A stretch of 64,000 nt of DNA, taken from an uncultured virus (IMG/VR IMGVR_UViG_3300046507_000660). Taxonomy: Duplodnaviria; Heunggongvirae; Uroviricota; Caudoviricetes. Positions 8,233 through 17,182 of the stretch are shown here, one piece after another (within the stretch, counting starts at the first letter, position 1; every line of letters begins with the position of its first letter). Under the pieces are notes generated by a model that was given only the letters and a program-made list of their open reading frames with translations, made no database searches and was not told the DNA's origin. Both the position numbers and the translations under genes were made by a program. The stretch is from positions 1 through 64,000 of IMG/VR virus record IMGVR_UViG_3300046507_000660, one strand, 5' to 3'.

Positions 8233-10214
8233 GCGGGGCTCTCCTTGCTGGTGTCGTCGACGTCGACTTCGGGGGTGTGCTGGGCTGCGGTGAGGACGAA
8301 GACCACCGACCGGTCGCGCTTGCCGTTCTCCTCCACCCAGCCCTGACCGACCCACTGGGACAGCCACGGCGAGATCGACGAGTGGTGGTTGCAGATCCCC
8401 ATGCGGACCGCTTCGCCCTTGGTCAGGCCCTCCGGCCCGGCCTTCTCCAGCGCGCGCCACAGCTCCAGTCGGTTGTCCTCGATCCGGGAGCCGTCCGGGT
8501 ACATCGGGACGGCGCGCAGCACCGGCCGGCCGCCGCCCCGCGGGCCGCCACCGCGCGGGGGCGGAGGGGGCGTCGGGTCCGGATCAGGGTCCAGGTCCGG
8601 GTGCGGGCGGACGTCCGCGTCCGTGTCCTCGGCAGCCGGGGAGTGCTCGCGGGACGTCTCGAGGATCTCCTCCTCGGTGATCCAGTAGCAGCGGCCTTCG
8701 TTCGGCGTCGTGTACCGCTCGGACGAGACCATGCACTTGCCCGGCAGGTCGAGCTCGTCGAGGCGCCATCCCTTCCCGTACGCGCCCGTCCCCATGATCA
8801 TGTTGATGGGGGTCGGCTCGTTGACGGGCAGGCCGATGCGCACGCCGAACTGCTGCCGGGTGTCGGTGCCCTTCCCGCCGAACGCCTGCTCGCTGGGCGA
8901 CTGGGTCGCGGCGATGATGCGGATACCCATGGCGCGGGACACCTGCATCAGCGTCATCAGCTCGGACGCCACGTCGGGCGCCTGGCGGATGAGCTCGGCG
9001 AGCTCGTCGATGATCAGGACGATGTACTTGCCGTGCTTCCGGGTCCACTTCTTGACCCGCTCGCCCTTCGGGCCACGCAGCGTCGACAGGTGCTTGCCGC
9101 GCCGGGTCATCTCGCCCTTGAGCCAGACCAGGACCTGACGCGCGGTGTCCGGGTCGTCGGCGAGGGCGATCATGTTGTCGCGCCACGGGCCCAGCTCGAG
9201 CGCGCCGGGCTTCATGTCGATGCCCGCGAGGTCGACGTCGTCGCAGGCCACGAGGTTCGCGGCGAGGACGTTGACGGCCCCGGACTTGCCCTTGTTGGTG
9301 CCACCGGCGACCAGGACGTGCCCGTCGACGATGTCGACCAGGATCTCGCTGCCGTCGGGGTAGACACCGATCGGGATGGGCTGCTCGACCGAGGTGATGC
9401 GCACGCCCGGCCACGAGATGCCGGGCCCGGCGAGCGGGTCGGTCGTCTGCAGCCGCACGATCAACTGGTTCGGCTGCGCGCCCTCGGTGAGACGGAGCCG
9501 GCCGGGGAGGTCGAGGTTCGCCTGGAGCTGCTGCCGCTTGGCGATGACGAAGGCCGCGGACGTGTTCTTGCCCGGGGGCAGCGTCACCAGGCAGTACCAA
9601 CCGGTCTCGGTGAACACGATCCGGGAGACGTCGACCGCAGGCACGCCCAGGGCCACCAGGGCGCGGCGCAGCGCGGTCTCCTCCTCGGTGTCGCCCGTGA
9701 CTCCGGCCTGGCCGATGTTGACGCCCATCCCGTCGGGCAGGGTCGCGGTCTTGGCCGCCTTGATCTGCAGGTTGAACCGCTCGTGGCGGGACTTGATGAG
9801 CCACGGCACGTACACCGCGTACGAGGAGATCGTGACGACACCCGAGGCGATGAGCGACGGGACGGTCGGGCCGGTGATGGCGCCGATCGCCGTGTTCACG
9901 ATCGTGCCCGTGGAGGCGACGCCGAGAGAGGTGGCGAGTCCGTTCTTGTGCTTGATACCGCCCCAGGTCAGGCCGCCCGCGGCGGCGAGCGCCACGCCGT
10001 ACCCGGCGTACGCGGCCGGTGTGACGCCGGCGAGGTGGTGGAGCCAGCCCAGGCACGTCATGCCGAACGTCACCGCGGCCGGGGCCAGTTCGTAGCGCAT
10101 CCGCCCACACCAGCGGCACACAGCCTCGGCCATGCGGCGCGTACGGCCGTGGGGCGAGACCTCGTCTATGGGCGGCGGGGTGACGTGATCGGTCTTCTCG
10201 CGAGGGATGAACAC
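8214..10214 (-). CDS. traB: FtsK/SpoIIIE-family conjugative DNA translocase (Streptomyces TraB type)
   Basis: N-terminal TM helices, Walker A GGTNKGKS, IDMKPG, Walker B IIDELAEL, RAMGI..IAATQ, Pro linker and C-terminal wHTH-like domain. Confidence 0.85.
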   Translation of the reverse strand: MFIPREKTDHVTPPPIDEVSPHGRTRRMAEAVCRWCGRMRYELAPAAVTFGMTCLGWLHHLAGVTPAAYAGYGVALAAAGGLTWGGIKHKNGLATSLGVASTGTIVNTAIGAITGPTVPSLIASGVVTISSYAVYVPWLIKSRHERFNLQIKAAKTATLPDGMGVNIGQAGVTGDTEEETALRRALVALGVPAVDVSRIVFTETGWYCLVTLPPGKNTSAAFVIAKRQQLQANLDLPGRLRLTEGAQPNQLIVRLQTTDPLAGPGISWPGVRITSVEQPIPIGVYPDGSEILVDIVDGHVLVAGGTNKGKSGAVNVLAANLVACDDVDLAGIDMKPGALELGPWRDNMIALADDPDTARQVLVWLKGEMTRRGKHLSTLRGPKGERVKKWTRKHGKYIVLIIDELAELIRQAPDVASELMTLMQVSRAMGIRIIAATQSPSEQAFGGKGTDTRQQFGVRIGLPVNEPTPINMIMGTGAYGKGWRLDELDLPGKCMVSSERYTTPNEGRCYWITEEEILETSREHSPAAEDTDADVRPHPDLDPDPDPTPPPPPRGGGPRGGGRPVLRAVPMYPDGSRIEDNRLELWRALEKAGPEGLTKGEAVRMGICNHHSSISPWLSQWVGQGWVEENGKRDRSVVFVLTAAQHTPEVDVDDTSKESPACPASL

Positions 10215-10220
10215 GTCACG

Positions 10221-10277
10221 TCACCTCGCCAGGAGGGACGCGGACAGGCGGACAACGGCTGCGGTGCGCGAGGGCAT
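10221..10277 (-). CDS. 18-aa leader ORF (MPSRTAAVVRLSASLLAR) immediately upstream of traB
   Basis: GAAGGAA RBS, ATG at 10277, TGA at 10223-10221, 6 nt before the traB GTG. Confidence 0.45.
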   Translation of the reverse strand: MPSRTAAVVRLSASLLAR

Positions 10278-10303
10278 CGGGGTGTTCCTTCGTTCGTGGT
10301 CTC

Positions 10304-10319
10304 GGCGGTGCTCTCCGCC
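10304..10319 (-). promoter_or_regulatory. Conserved leader hairpin GGCGGAGAGCACCGCC, copy 1
   Basis: Identical 16-mer at 16030 and 17062. Confidence 0.75.
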
Positions 10320-10364
10320 GTGGGGCCTGGCCATGACGCCAGATGTTCGGTTGTCGCGGGTGGG

Positions 10365-10613
10365 TTACGGGCCGGGCGGCCCGAGCGTCACGGGGTCGGT
10401 CGTCTTGTCGTGCCAGACGTAGCCCCACTGATGACGACTGGTCATCTGTGTTTCGGGTGGGAGCGCGCGCCCGGCGATGGCTGCCACGGCCGTGGTCATG
10501 CTGTCCACGGCGTCCATGCGTTTGGCCGTGCGCACGTTGGTCGGGGTGCCCGGCGGGATCGTGAACTGGAAAGTCACTGTGAGCACCCGCGGGGCCTCTC
10601 GCTCCGACGTCAT
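10365..10613 (-). CDS. Small hypothetical protein upstream of traB
   Basis: GAGGGGGGA RBS before ATG at 10613. Confidence 0.5.
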   Translation of the reverse strand: MTSEREAPRVLTVTFQFTIPPGTPTNVRTAKRMDAVDSMTTAVAAIAGRALPPETQMTSRHQWGYVWHDKTTDPVTLGPPGP

Positions 10614-10673
10614 TCGTCCCCCCTCTGGATCAGACACAGCCCTCATTGTGCCTGATCTGTCGGGGAGATTGAT

Positions 10674-10761
10674 AGTTCTCCGGGAGAACTCGCGTCCTTA
10701 GCAGCTACGAACCAGCAGTGGCCTGGCCTTTTCTAGAAGGGTTCGCACGTTCTCCGGGAGA
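10674..10761. promoter_or_regulatory. Two copies of palindromic GTTCTCCGGGAGA upstream of the tra genes
   Basis: agttctcc-g-ggagaact at 10674-10690; 13-bp copy at 10749-10761; locally AT-richer intergenic DNA. Confidence 0.55.
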
Positions 10762-10771
10762 GTTGGGCCCT

Positions 10772-11440
10772 TTACGAGGCGTCCTCCTCGAGGCGCCCGT
10801 GCGCCAGGTGCTCCTTGCAATTCGCGCAGCGCAAGGTGCCCGGACGACGCGGGTGATCCTCCAGGATCGTCGGCCCGCACGTCGGGCACGTGAGCCTGAC
10901 GCGCTGCAGCGGCCGCGGCACGGCCGGCTCGAGCGGGTCCGCCCCATGCGGGGTCGCCGCGTCGTACATGTCATTCCACGTGAACCGCGTGCCGTCCCGG
11001 TCCGGTTCCGACTGATGCCAACCGCCGGGCTGGTCTCGCACGGGCATGAGCGACGGGTCGTAGTGGCCAACCGGGCGCCCACAGGAGACCCGGCCCGCCA
11101 TGGCGTGCAGCATGGTCGCGCTGCAGGTGGTCACCTCGCCCGTGCACTCCGGGCACGGTACGGGCTTCGGCTCCCCGTGGTAGCTGTCCCACTGGGTGAA
11201 GTCCGGGATCACACCGCGGCCACGGCAGCGACGGCAGGGCGGGGCCGGAGGCTTCGGCGGCGGGAATGACACCTCGAGCTTCACCAGGTCCGGGTGCTTC
11301 TCCGACGGGCCGATTGCGTCGACCTGGCAGTGCAGGGTGACCGTCCGCCAGCCATCGAGGGGCAGCGTGGAAGGCAGCTCGCCCTTGAGCAGCTCGGGCA
11401 GCTCCTCGGCGGTGATCTCACCTCCCGGCCGGGCCGTCAT
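10772..11440 (-). CDS. Zinc-finger-rich hypothetical protein
   Basis: CRRC, CPEC, CPTC, CANC; coupled operon. Confidence 0.6.
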   Translation of the reverse strand: MTARPGGEITAEELPELLKGELPSTLPLDGWRTVTLHCQVDAIGPSEKHPDLVKLEVSFPPPKPPAPPCRRCRGRGVIPDFTQWDSYHGEPKPVPCPECTGEVTTCSATMLHAMAGRVSCGRPVGHYDPSLMPVRDQPGGWHQSEPDRDGTRFTWNDMYDAATPHGADPLEPAVPRPLQRVRLTCPTCGPTILEDHPRRPGTLRCANCKEHLAHGRLEEDAS

Positions 11441-11883
11441 GACGACTCCGGGGTGTTCAGGAAGCCGCGGATCTCCCCGGCGAGCGTCCCGATGGCGTTC
11501 CCGTCGACCTTCCCGACGGTCACGTCCTCGTACATCGCCAGCGCCTTGCGCAGCAGGTTCTCCGCCTTCTCCCCGCGGGCCAGTTCCTTGTCGATACGGG
11601 CCTTGAGCGGCGCCCCGAACTCCCGTACTGCAGGGTCCGGGGCGAACCGCTTCACCGCCTCCCAGAACGCGCCGGCTGCCTTGTCCGGGGCGTAGTTCTC
11701 CCCGAACTCCATCCGCCCGTCGGGGTGGATCGTCAGCATCGGCCGGCCGTCGTCGTCCGGGATGACCAGGGAGTACGAGGTGATCGGCTTCATCGCGCTG
11801 AGCGTGCTCAGGGGCACCACCTCACCGGGCAGCGCCATGGAGACGATGCCGCGGGACTCGCCGACGGTGAACGCGCCGCTCAT
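11437..11883 (-). CDS. Hypothetical protein
   Basis: ATGA overlaps on both sides. Confidence 0.6.
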   Translation of the reverse strand: MSGAFTVGESRGIVSMALPGEVVPLSTLSAMKPITSYSLVIPDDDGRPMLTIHPDGRMEFGENYAPDKAAGAFWEAVKRFAPDPAVREFGAPLKARIDKELARGEKAENLLRKALAMYEDVTVGKVDGNAIGTLAGEIRGFLNTPESS

Positions 11884-12338
11884 GCGACCTCACCCCAGTA
11901 GCCAGGCAGGGCATGGACGTCGATGCCGTCTCGCTCGGACACGCGGGCGACGCTCGGGTCGGCGCTCCACACGGTGAGCTCGCCGAACTGGCGGAGCGCG
12001 GCGCGCAGCCGCTCCCCCTTCACCACGGCGGTCGGTCGGAAGTCGCCGCGGCCGCGCATCAGTACGAGGGTGGCGGGCACTCCGTGGGCACCCAGCCACG
12101 TCACGACGAGCTGCTCCAGGCGCTTGTCGCCGCCGGTCATGACCAGGACGGTCTGCCCGTTCGCGCGTGCCTCCCGGGCGGCCTGCACGACCCTGCGGTT
12201 CGGGGGGCATTGGAGGCTGGCACGGTGGAACGCGGCCGCGTCGTTGGCCAGGTGACGGATGCGCCGAACGTTGATGAGGCCGCCCTCGAGGTCGAAGGCG
12301 ACGGCCCCGCGCGGCGGGGCGGCGACAGCAGTGGTCAT
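11880..12338 (-). CDS. Degenerate HAD-fold protein resembling the phosphatase domain of polynucleotide kinase
   Basis: AVAFDLEGGL (DxDG variant), VMTG, LVLMRGRGDFRP..VVK. Confidence 0.5.
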   Translation of the reverse strand: MTTAVAAPPRGAVAFDLEGGLINVRRIRHLANDAAAFHRASLQCPPNRRVVQAAREARANGQTVLVMTGGDKRLEQLVVTWLGAHGVPATLVLMRGRGDFRPTAVVKGERLRAALRQFGELTVWSADPSVARVSERDGIDVHALPGYWGEVA

Positions 12339-12610
12339 GCGACGTCTCCGTTGTAAATGTGGATCATCCGGACGGCCTTCGCCTTGCACGAGTCGCACGT
12401 CTTGCGGCGGGGGTCGCCCGTGCCGCAGATCGCCGCGGCGAGGGCGTCGGCGGCGCCGGTGGAGGTGATGCGGAGCAGCGTGGTGCCCTTCTTGCGGCAG
12501 GAGTCGCAGGCCCGGACCTTCCCGGGCCGGGTGTTCTCTCCGCACGCGACCAGGGCCAGGCGCTGCTCGAGCGCGGTGAGGCTGGGGGTTTCGGCGACAG
12601 TGGCGGTCAT
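12335..12610 (-). CDS. Small Cys-rich protein with internal duplication
   Basis: Two CG...CDSC.(K)K units. Confidence 0.55.
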   Translation of the reverse strand: MTATVAETPSLTALEQRLALVACGENTRPGKVRACDSCRKKGTTLLRITSTGAADALAAAICGTGDPRRKTCDSCKAKAVRMIHIYNGDVA

Positions 12611-13263
12611 CGGTTGCAGTCCTTCGGCGCGCGCGACTTGTGGTGGGCGATGGTCTGCAGGTCTCCCCCGACCTGCTCGTATGCGGTCATCAACTGGCAG
12701 GCCGTGCATCGACGGCCCAGGAAGATCCGCAGGGGGTTCGTCGTCGACTTCTGGTGTCCCGAGCGGCCGCTGGTCATCTCGCCGTGCGTCCGGTCGCCGC
12801 ACCACTCGCACGACGGGTCGTAGTGGGAGAGGACCGGGGCGGGCTTCCACGGGCCCCAGGAGAGCGGCTGTCCGGCGTGGTCCCTCGGCAGGGGCGCCTC
12901 GGTGTACGTCGTCGGCGCAGGAACCGCCCAGAGGTGACGGCCGCGACGGTCCGACTCAGGCTCCGGCAGCTCCTCGACGGCGTCGGCCTGGACGAGACGG
13001 GGCTTCTCCGGCTCCGGCTCCCCACGCAGGGCACGCAGGCAGGCCGGGCAGATGTCCGCCTCGGTGACCGGCCCGTCCCACGGCCGTACGCCCGGAGCCT
13101 GTTCGGCGTCCGGCGTGCACTCCAGAGGCACGGTGAACACGGGCATCCTGGGGGCCGTGATGCCCTCCCCCGCGATGTGCAGCAGCGGGCGGCCTGCGGC
13201 CCGCACGACCAGGCGGCCGGCCCACACGGGCGCGGCCGGGATCTCGACGGCCAGGGCGCTCAC
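12607..13263 (-). CDS. Hypothetical zinc-binding protein
   Basis: CPAC, CEWC, CTAC; coupled start/stop. Confidence 0.55.
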   Translation of the reverse strand: MSALAVEIPAAPVWAGRLVVRAAGRPLLHIAGEGITAPRMPVFTVPLECTPDAEQAPGVRPWDGPVTEADICPACLRALRGEPEPEKPRLVQADAVEELPEPESDRRGRHLWAVPAPTTYTEAPLPRDHAGQPLSWGPWKPAPVLSHYDPSCEWCGDRTHGEMTSGRSGHQKSTTNPLRIFLGRRCTACQLMTAYEQVGGDLQTIAHHKSRAPKDCNR

Positions 13264-13517
13264 GATCGGCCCCCCGACTCGGTGCCGTGGAGCGCGCTGG
13301 AGATGCGGGCCCACATGGTCGCCATACCGACCGCTCGGTCCCGGTACATCTCGAAGCCGTCGGCCATCGCCTGATGCTGGAGAGCGGCCTCCTTGTCCCG
13401 CGCGCCCTCGCTGCGCTTCGCCTCCATCCGGGACTTGTCGACCTCAACGAGAGCCGCCTCAGCAGCCTCTGCCCAGCCCGTGGCTTTCTTCGCGGCTTGG
13501 GCCGCCGTGACGCTCAT
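13260..13517 (-). CDS. Small helical hypothetical protein
   Basis: Coupled overlaps; codon bias. Confidence 0.5.
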   Translation of the reverse strand: MSVTAAQAAKKATGWAEAAEAALVEVDKSRMEAKRSEGARDKEAALQHQAMADGFEMYRDRAVGMATMWARISSALHGTESGGRS

Positions 13518-13750
13518 CGGGAACGCCCCGTCAGGAGCTGCACCAGGCCAGTGGACTTGGGGTTCTGCCGGTACAGGTCCCGGCGGGCAGCGTGGACGCT
13601 GCGCCGGGCGAGGCAGAGAGCACCCGCCGGGACGTGGCAGGTCGGGCACTGCACGGAGTAGGAGCCGTGCCGGAACCGGGCCGCGGTCTCGTGCGCAGCG
13701 TCGTGCGCGGCGTCCGCGGCCGGGGACGGTATGAGGGTGGAGAGGATCAC
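13514..13750 (-). CDS. Small zinc-finger protein
   Basis: CPTC..PAGALC....H..R, same pattern as the C-terminus of 3948-4505. Confidence 0.55.
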   Translation of the reverse strand: MILSTLIPSPAADAAHDAAHETAARFRHGSYSVQCPTCHVPAGALCLARRSVHAARRDLYRQNPKSTGLVQLLTGRSR

Positions 13751-14409
13751 GGGCGGCCGCCCTGGGCGGGAATCGGCAGGAAGCGCGGACGGGAGCCCTC
13801 GGCCGGGAACGGCTGCTCGCGGTCGAGCATGTACTCCCACTGCCCGGTGTTCGGCTGGGGCCGCTTGAGTCGCTTGTAGTAGGCCGTGCCGAACTCCATG
13901 TCGGTGGTGTCCCCGCACTCCGTGGGCAGTCCGAGCCGGTAGATCGGGCCGGTCAGCGCGTCGGGCGCCGGCGGCTCCATCGGCCCCCACACGCCCAGCA
14001 CCATGCCCATGTGCGGGCCCTCGACGATCCGGATCTCGTGGAAGTCCCGGGTCGGCCCGGACGCCTCGGCGGAGGCGTTGCGTACGCCGCGTGCCCAGGT
14101 GTTGACGTCCGCGGCCGTCGGCGTCGGGGCGTAGCCGAGGATGCTGCGCAGGGCGGCGATGGTGGTGAGGAGCTCCGTGTACGCGGCGACGGGGAAGTCG
14201 TCTTTCCACTGGTCGCGCAGCAGGGAGCACGCCGCCTTGTCGACGATCTCGAGGAGGTGCAGGTCGACGACGCTGCGCTCGAGGAGGGTTCCGGCGGCTG
14301 AGAACGCGTTGACGACCAGGTCCACGTTGCGGAACCGGTCCCAGAGCGGCGCTACGCGCATCCCGCGGTGGTCACGGTCCTGGAGCAACTCGGGGATGTT
14401 GGTGCTCAT
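13747..14409 (-). CDS. Hypothetical protein
   Basis: AGGAGA RBS; codon bias. Confidence 0.6.
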   Translation of the reverse strand: MSTNIPELLQDRDHRGMRVAPLWDRFRNVDLVVNAFSAAGTLLERSVVDLHLLEIVDKAACSLLRDQWKDDFPVAAYTELLTTIAALRSILGYAPTPTAADVNTWARGVRNASAEASGPTRDFHEIRIVEGPHMGMVLGVWGPMEPPAPDALTGPIYRLGLPTECGDTTDMEFGTAYYKRLKRPQPNTGQWEYMLDREQPFPAEGSRPRFLPIPAQGGRP

Positions 14410-14500
14410 GGAGGGGCATCTCCTGTTAGCTGAGGCGAGGGCGGGCCAGCCCTCATGTGAGGTACGTCGAGGTGCCGATTCCTGTTACGGTTTCGGCGTT

Positions 14501-15070
14501 CTAGCTGGTCAGAGGCTCGGTAAGTTCCACGATGACCAGCGACATGCGGGCGAATCCGGTGGTGACGGGCTCCCCCATGACGGGGATCGGGCCCATGAGG
14601 AACTCGTGGTTGTCGTCCGGCAGGAGACCCCCGTCGGTGACCAGGCCGTCGATGTACGGCTTCACCGTGGGCGCCCAGTTGCCCGGGTCCCGCTTCCGCG
14701 AGAGCGGCCGCGGGTGCAGCACGTAGAAGATGGCCGCGCGCTGCAGCCGGGGCAGGCGCTTGGCCATGGCCAGGCCGGCGGCGTCCTGGCGGAGCTGCTT
14801 GCGGATCCGGTGCACGGCCATGTGGTGGAGCCGCTGGTTGCTGTCCAGCATCTCCTCGACGTAGGGCATGAGCAGCGTCCAGGTACGCCCGACGCCGGAC
14901 AGGCCGGTGAGCAGCGGCTCGACCGCGGGCGCGGGCGGGGTGGATGGCGGCCCCGGGTGCGCGGCCGGCTTCTTCCGGGCCTTCTTCTTCGGCTTCGCGG
15001 CGGCGGCCGCCGGGGAGGCTTGTCCCCCGCGGCGGCTCGCCATCAGGTCGCGGTACTGGGCCGCGGTCAT
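14501..15070 (-). CDS. rusA: RusA-like Holliday junction resolvase
   Basis: RKRDPGNWAPTVKPYIDGLVTDGGLLPDDN matches the RusA D-x-x-N...K...D...DD signature. Confidence 0.7.
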   Translation of the reverse strand: MTAAQYRDLMASRRGGQASPAAAAAKPKKKARKKPAAHPGPPSTPPAPAVEPLLTGLSGVGRTWTLLMPYVEEMLDSNQRLHHMAVHRIRKQLRQDAAGLAMAKRLPRLQRAAIFYVLHPRPLSRKRDPGNWAPTVKPYIDGLVTDGGLLPDDNHEFLMGPIPVMGEPVTTGFARMSLVIVELTEPLTS

Positions 15071-15086
15071 CCGGGCAACCAAGAGA

Positions 15087-16001
15087 TCAGCCCTCCAGGG
15101 CAGCGGTACCGGCGTCGGTCAGCCGCCAACGCCACCCCATGCCGTCGGCTTGCGTCCTGCTGAACTGCTCGTCGACCACCACCCACCCCTTCGCCTCGAG
15201 CTTCTTCACCGCGGCGCTGACCTTCCGGCCCAGGTGCCCCCATGCCGAGGTGCTGCGCTGGCTGGTGTCGAAGACGATGGGCTGGTTCGTACGGCCCGGC
15301 CGCAGCGTGAACACGACGCCCGACTTGATGAGCTCGAGCAGCGTCTTCTCCGCTGTGGTGGGCGGCGCGGGGGCGTTGGCGGGGCGGACCTTCCCCATGT
15401 AGTCCAGGCACCGGTGGCAGTTGGCCGGGGCGTCGACCGGCTCGCTCAGGTGCAGCGGGTTCGACCGGCCGGGCGTCTCGCACAGGCCGCGGTCGGCCGG
15501 GTGCTTGCGGGACCGGCCGGAGACCAGGTCGTCCTTGGGCGCGGCGTGCCGTAGCGATCCGCCCACGCCCGAGTGCCGGGTGTTCTCCCGCACGGTCATC
15601 TCGACGCCGGCCGCAGCAAGTGCCTCGTTCCACCTGCGCTGTTCGCGCTCTCGGCGCTCCTTGGCCTGCTGTTCGCGCCGCTCCTCAGCCTCCTGGCGGC
15701 GCTTGCGCGCCTCGACCACGGAGGGCGGCAACGGCGGGTCCAGTTCCATCTTGTCGCCCAGGACGAGCATCCAGCCGTCCACGCTGGAGCAGCGGTCGAT
15801 ACCGGGGAAGGCGTAGCCCAGGACGGCGGTGCACCAGTCGTTGCCGCGCCGCTCGGCGACCTCGTACATGCTCTTGAGGTCCTCGGGGCCCAGCGGTCCG
15901 CGGCTCTTGCGCTCGGCGTCCGTCCGCACCAACTCGTACATGTCGTACGCGGGATCAGGCACGGGCCGGGGAAGCAGGGCAGTCACGACGTGTCGTCGCA
16001 T
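15087..16001 (-). CDS. Hypothetical protein with C-terminal winged-helix-like segment
   Basis: VKKLEAKGWV...WRLTDAG; AGAGGA RBS. Confidence 0.55.
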   Translation of the reverse strand: MRRHVVTALLPRPVPDPAYDMYELVRTDAERKSRGPLGPEDLKSMYEVAERRGNDWCTAVLGYAFPGIDRCSSVDGWMLVLGDKMELDPPLPPSVVEARKRRQEAEERREQQAKERREREQRRWNEALAAAGVEMTVRENTRHSGVGGSLRHAAPKDDLVSGRSRKHPADRGLCETPGRSNPLHLSEPVDAPANCHRCLDYMGKVRPANAPAPPTTAEKTLLELIKSGVVFTLRPGRTNQPIVFDTSQRSTSAWGHLGRKVSAAVKKLEAKGWVVVDEQFSRTQADGMGWRWRLTDAGTAALEG

Positions 16002-16029
16002 CAGGGGGTGTTCCTCTCTTCGGGTCTAC

Positions 16030-16045
16030 GGCGGTGCTCTCCGCC
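16030..16045 (-). promoter_or_regulatory. Conserved leader hairpin, copy 2
   Basis: Identical 16-mer, 28 nt before ATG 16001. Confidence 0.75.
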
Positions 16046-16087
16046 GCGTGGCGCCTTGGCGGGCGCCGGGAGTCTCGTACGGTGAGG

Positions 16088-16675
16088 TCAGGAACGTCGC
16101 GCGGGTTCTGCCCGCACGATGGCGAGGGACTGGACGAGCAGCTCCGCATCGGTCCGCGGGTCCTCGCGCCAGTGCAGCGCGTAGGCGCCGGAGATGACCG
16201 GTCCCTCGACGTTGTGCAGGGTCGGGTGTCTGTCGATGGCGCGCTGTTCCCAGCCGTCGGCCGGGAGCGTTGCGCCGCCGGTTCCGTTGTCCGGGCAGGT
16301 GATGACGACTACGCGCTCCGTCAGTTCCGCGGTGAAGCCCCCAGCGTGCGCGAGTCGCGCGGGGCGGGGCGCTGGGGCCTGGCGTACGGACCGCGGCCTG
16401 CGCTGCCGGTAGGGTCCGCGGCCGCCACGGGGGACGGGGTGTCGCTCCATCCACTCTCGGCCGGAGGCGGTCAGCTTCACGGGGGCAGAGTCGTCTCCCC
16501 CGTCGGTCACGTACCCGGCGCTGGTCAGCGGGTAGAACGAGCGCTGATTGACGACGTAGTCGGTGCCGGTGAGCCGGTAGCGGGCGCGGGGCGCCACAGC
16601 GAACTGGGCACCGGTGCTGCCGGCCTCCGCGATGGTGCGCAGGAGGGTTTCGACAGCGGGCGTGAAGTCGGGCAT
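16088..16675 (-). CDS. Hypothetical protein
   Basis: GAGGAG RBS; codon bias. Confidence 0.55.
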   Translation of the reverse strand: MPDFTPAVETLLRTIAEAGSTGAQFAVAPRARYRLTGTDYVVNQRSFYPLTSAGYVTDGGDDSAPVKLTASGREWMERHPVPRGGRGPYRQRRPRSVRQAPAPRPARLAHAGGFTAELTERVVVITCPDNGTGGATLPADGWEQRAIDRHPTLHNVEGPVISGAYALHWREDPRTDAELLVQSLAIVRAEPARRS

Positions 16676-16751
16676 GGGGTTCTGCTCCTCGACGGGGCTG
16701 AGCGGAGAATCGTTCTGAGCGAAGAATCGAACGCGTCGAACAGCCGGGTTG

Positions 16752-17036
16752 TTACGACTTCACCGGCAGGATGGCGTCGATCGAGGTGTCCCAGGCGCGG
16801 CCGAACCACCGCGCAGCATTGCCGAGTCGGCCGGGGAACGTCTGGGCCAGCAGAACGCCGGCGGCGATCGTGAGCGTGAGCGCCAGGTGTGCGAGGAACC
16901 AGCCCACGACCGCGACGACAACTCCGGCCAGAACGCCGAGGGTTGCGATGGTGGGCGGGACGATGGCCGGGTGCGCGATGGCCAGGAGGCCGAGGGCGTA
17001 CGCGGCGAGCTTCAACTTGCCGAGCCAGTTCGGCAT
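16752..17036 (-). CDS. Small membrane protein
   Basis: Hydrophobic throughout; GAGGGAG RBS. Confidence 0.55.
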   Translation of the reverse strand: MPNWLGKLKLAAYALGLLAIAHPAIVPPTIATLGVLAGVVVAVVGWFLAHLALTLTIAAGVLLAQTFPGRLGNAARWFGRAWDTSIDAILPVKS

Positions 17037-17061
17037 CGGGTGCTCCCTCTTGGTGGTCTCG

Positions 17062-17077
17062 GGCGGTGCTCTCCGCC
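17062..17077 (-). promoter_or_regulatory. Conserved leader hairpin, copy 3
   Basis: Identical 16-mer, 25 nt before ATG 17036. Confidence 0.75.
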
Positions 17078-17087
17078 CTTCGAGAAA

Positions 17088-17150
17088 CACGTTAACGGGT
17101 TACTCGTCGGTAGCCGACAATAATCCCAATTGTTGTCGGTAAAGTTGGCG
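17088..17150. promoter_or_regulatory. AT-rich divergent promoter/operator region
   Basis: Strand switch point; ccgacaa...ttgtcgg inverted repeat. Confidence 0.5.
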
Positions 17151-17182
17151 CCACGTCAGAACGAGCCCGGGAGGGGCCAGCA

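Noticed and set aside
8570..8610. GACCCGGA-like TraB recognition (clt) repeats
   Set aside because: Explained by the Asp-Pro linker codons of traB; no clean 8-bp array found
8052..10655. 867-aa plus-strand ORF
   Set aside because: Shadow of traB
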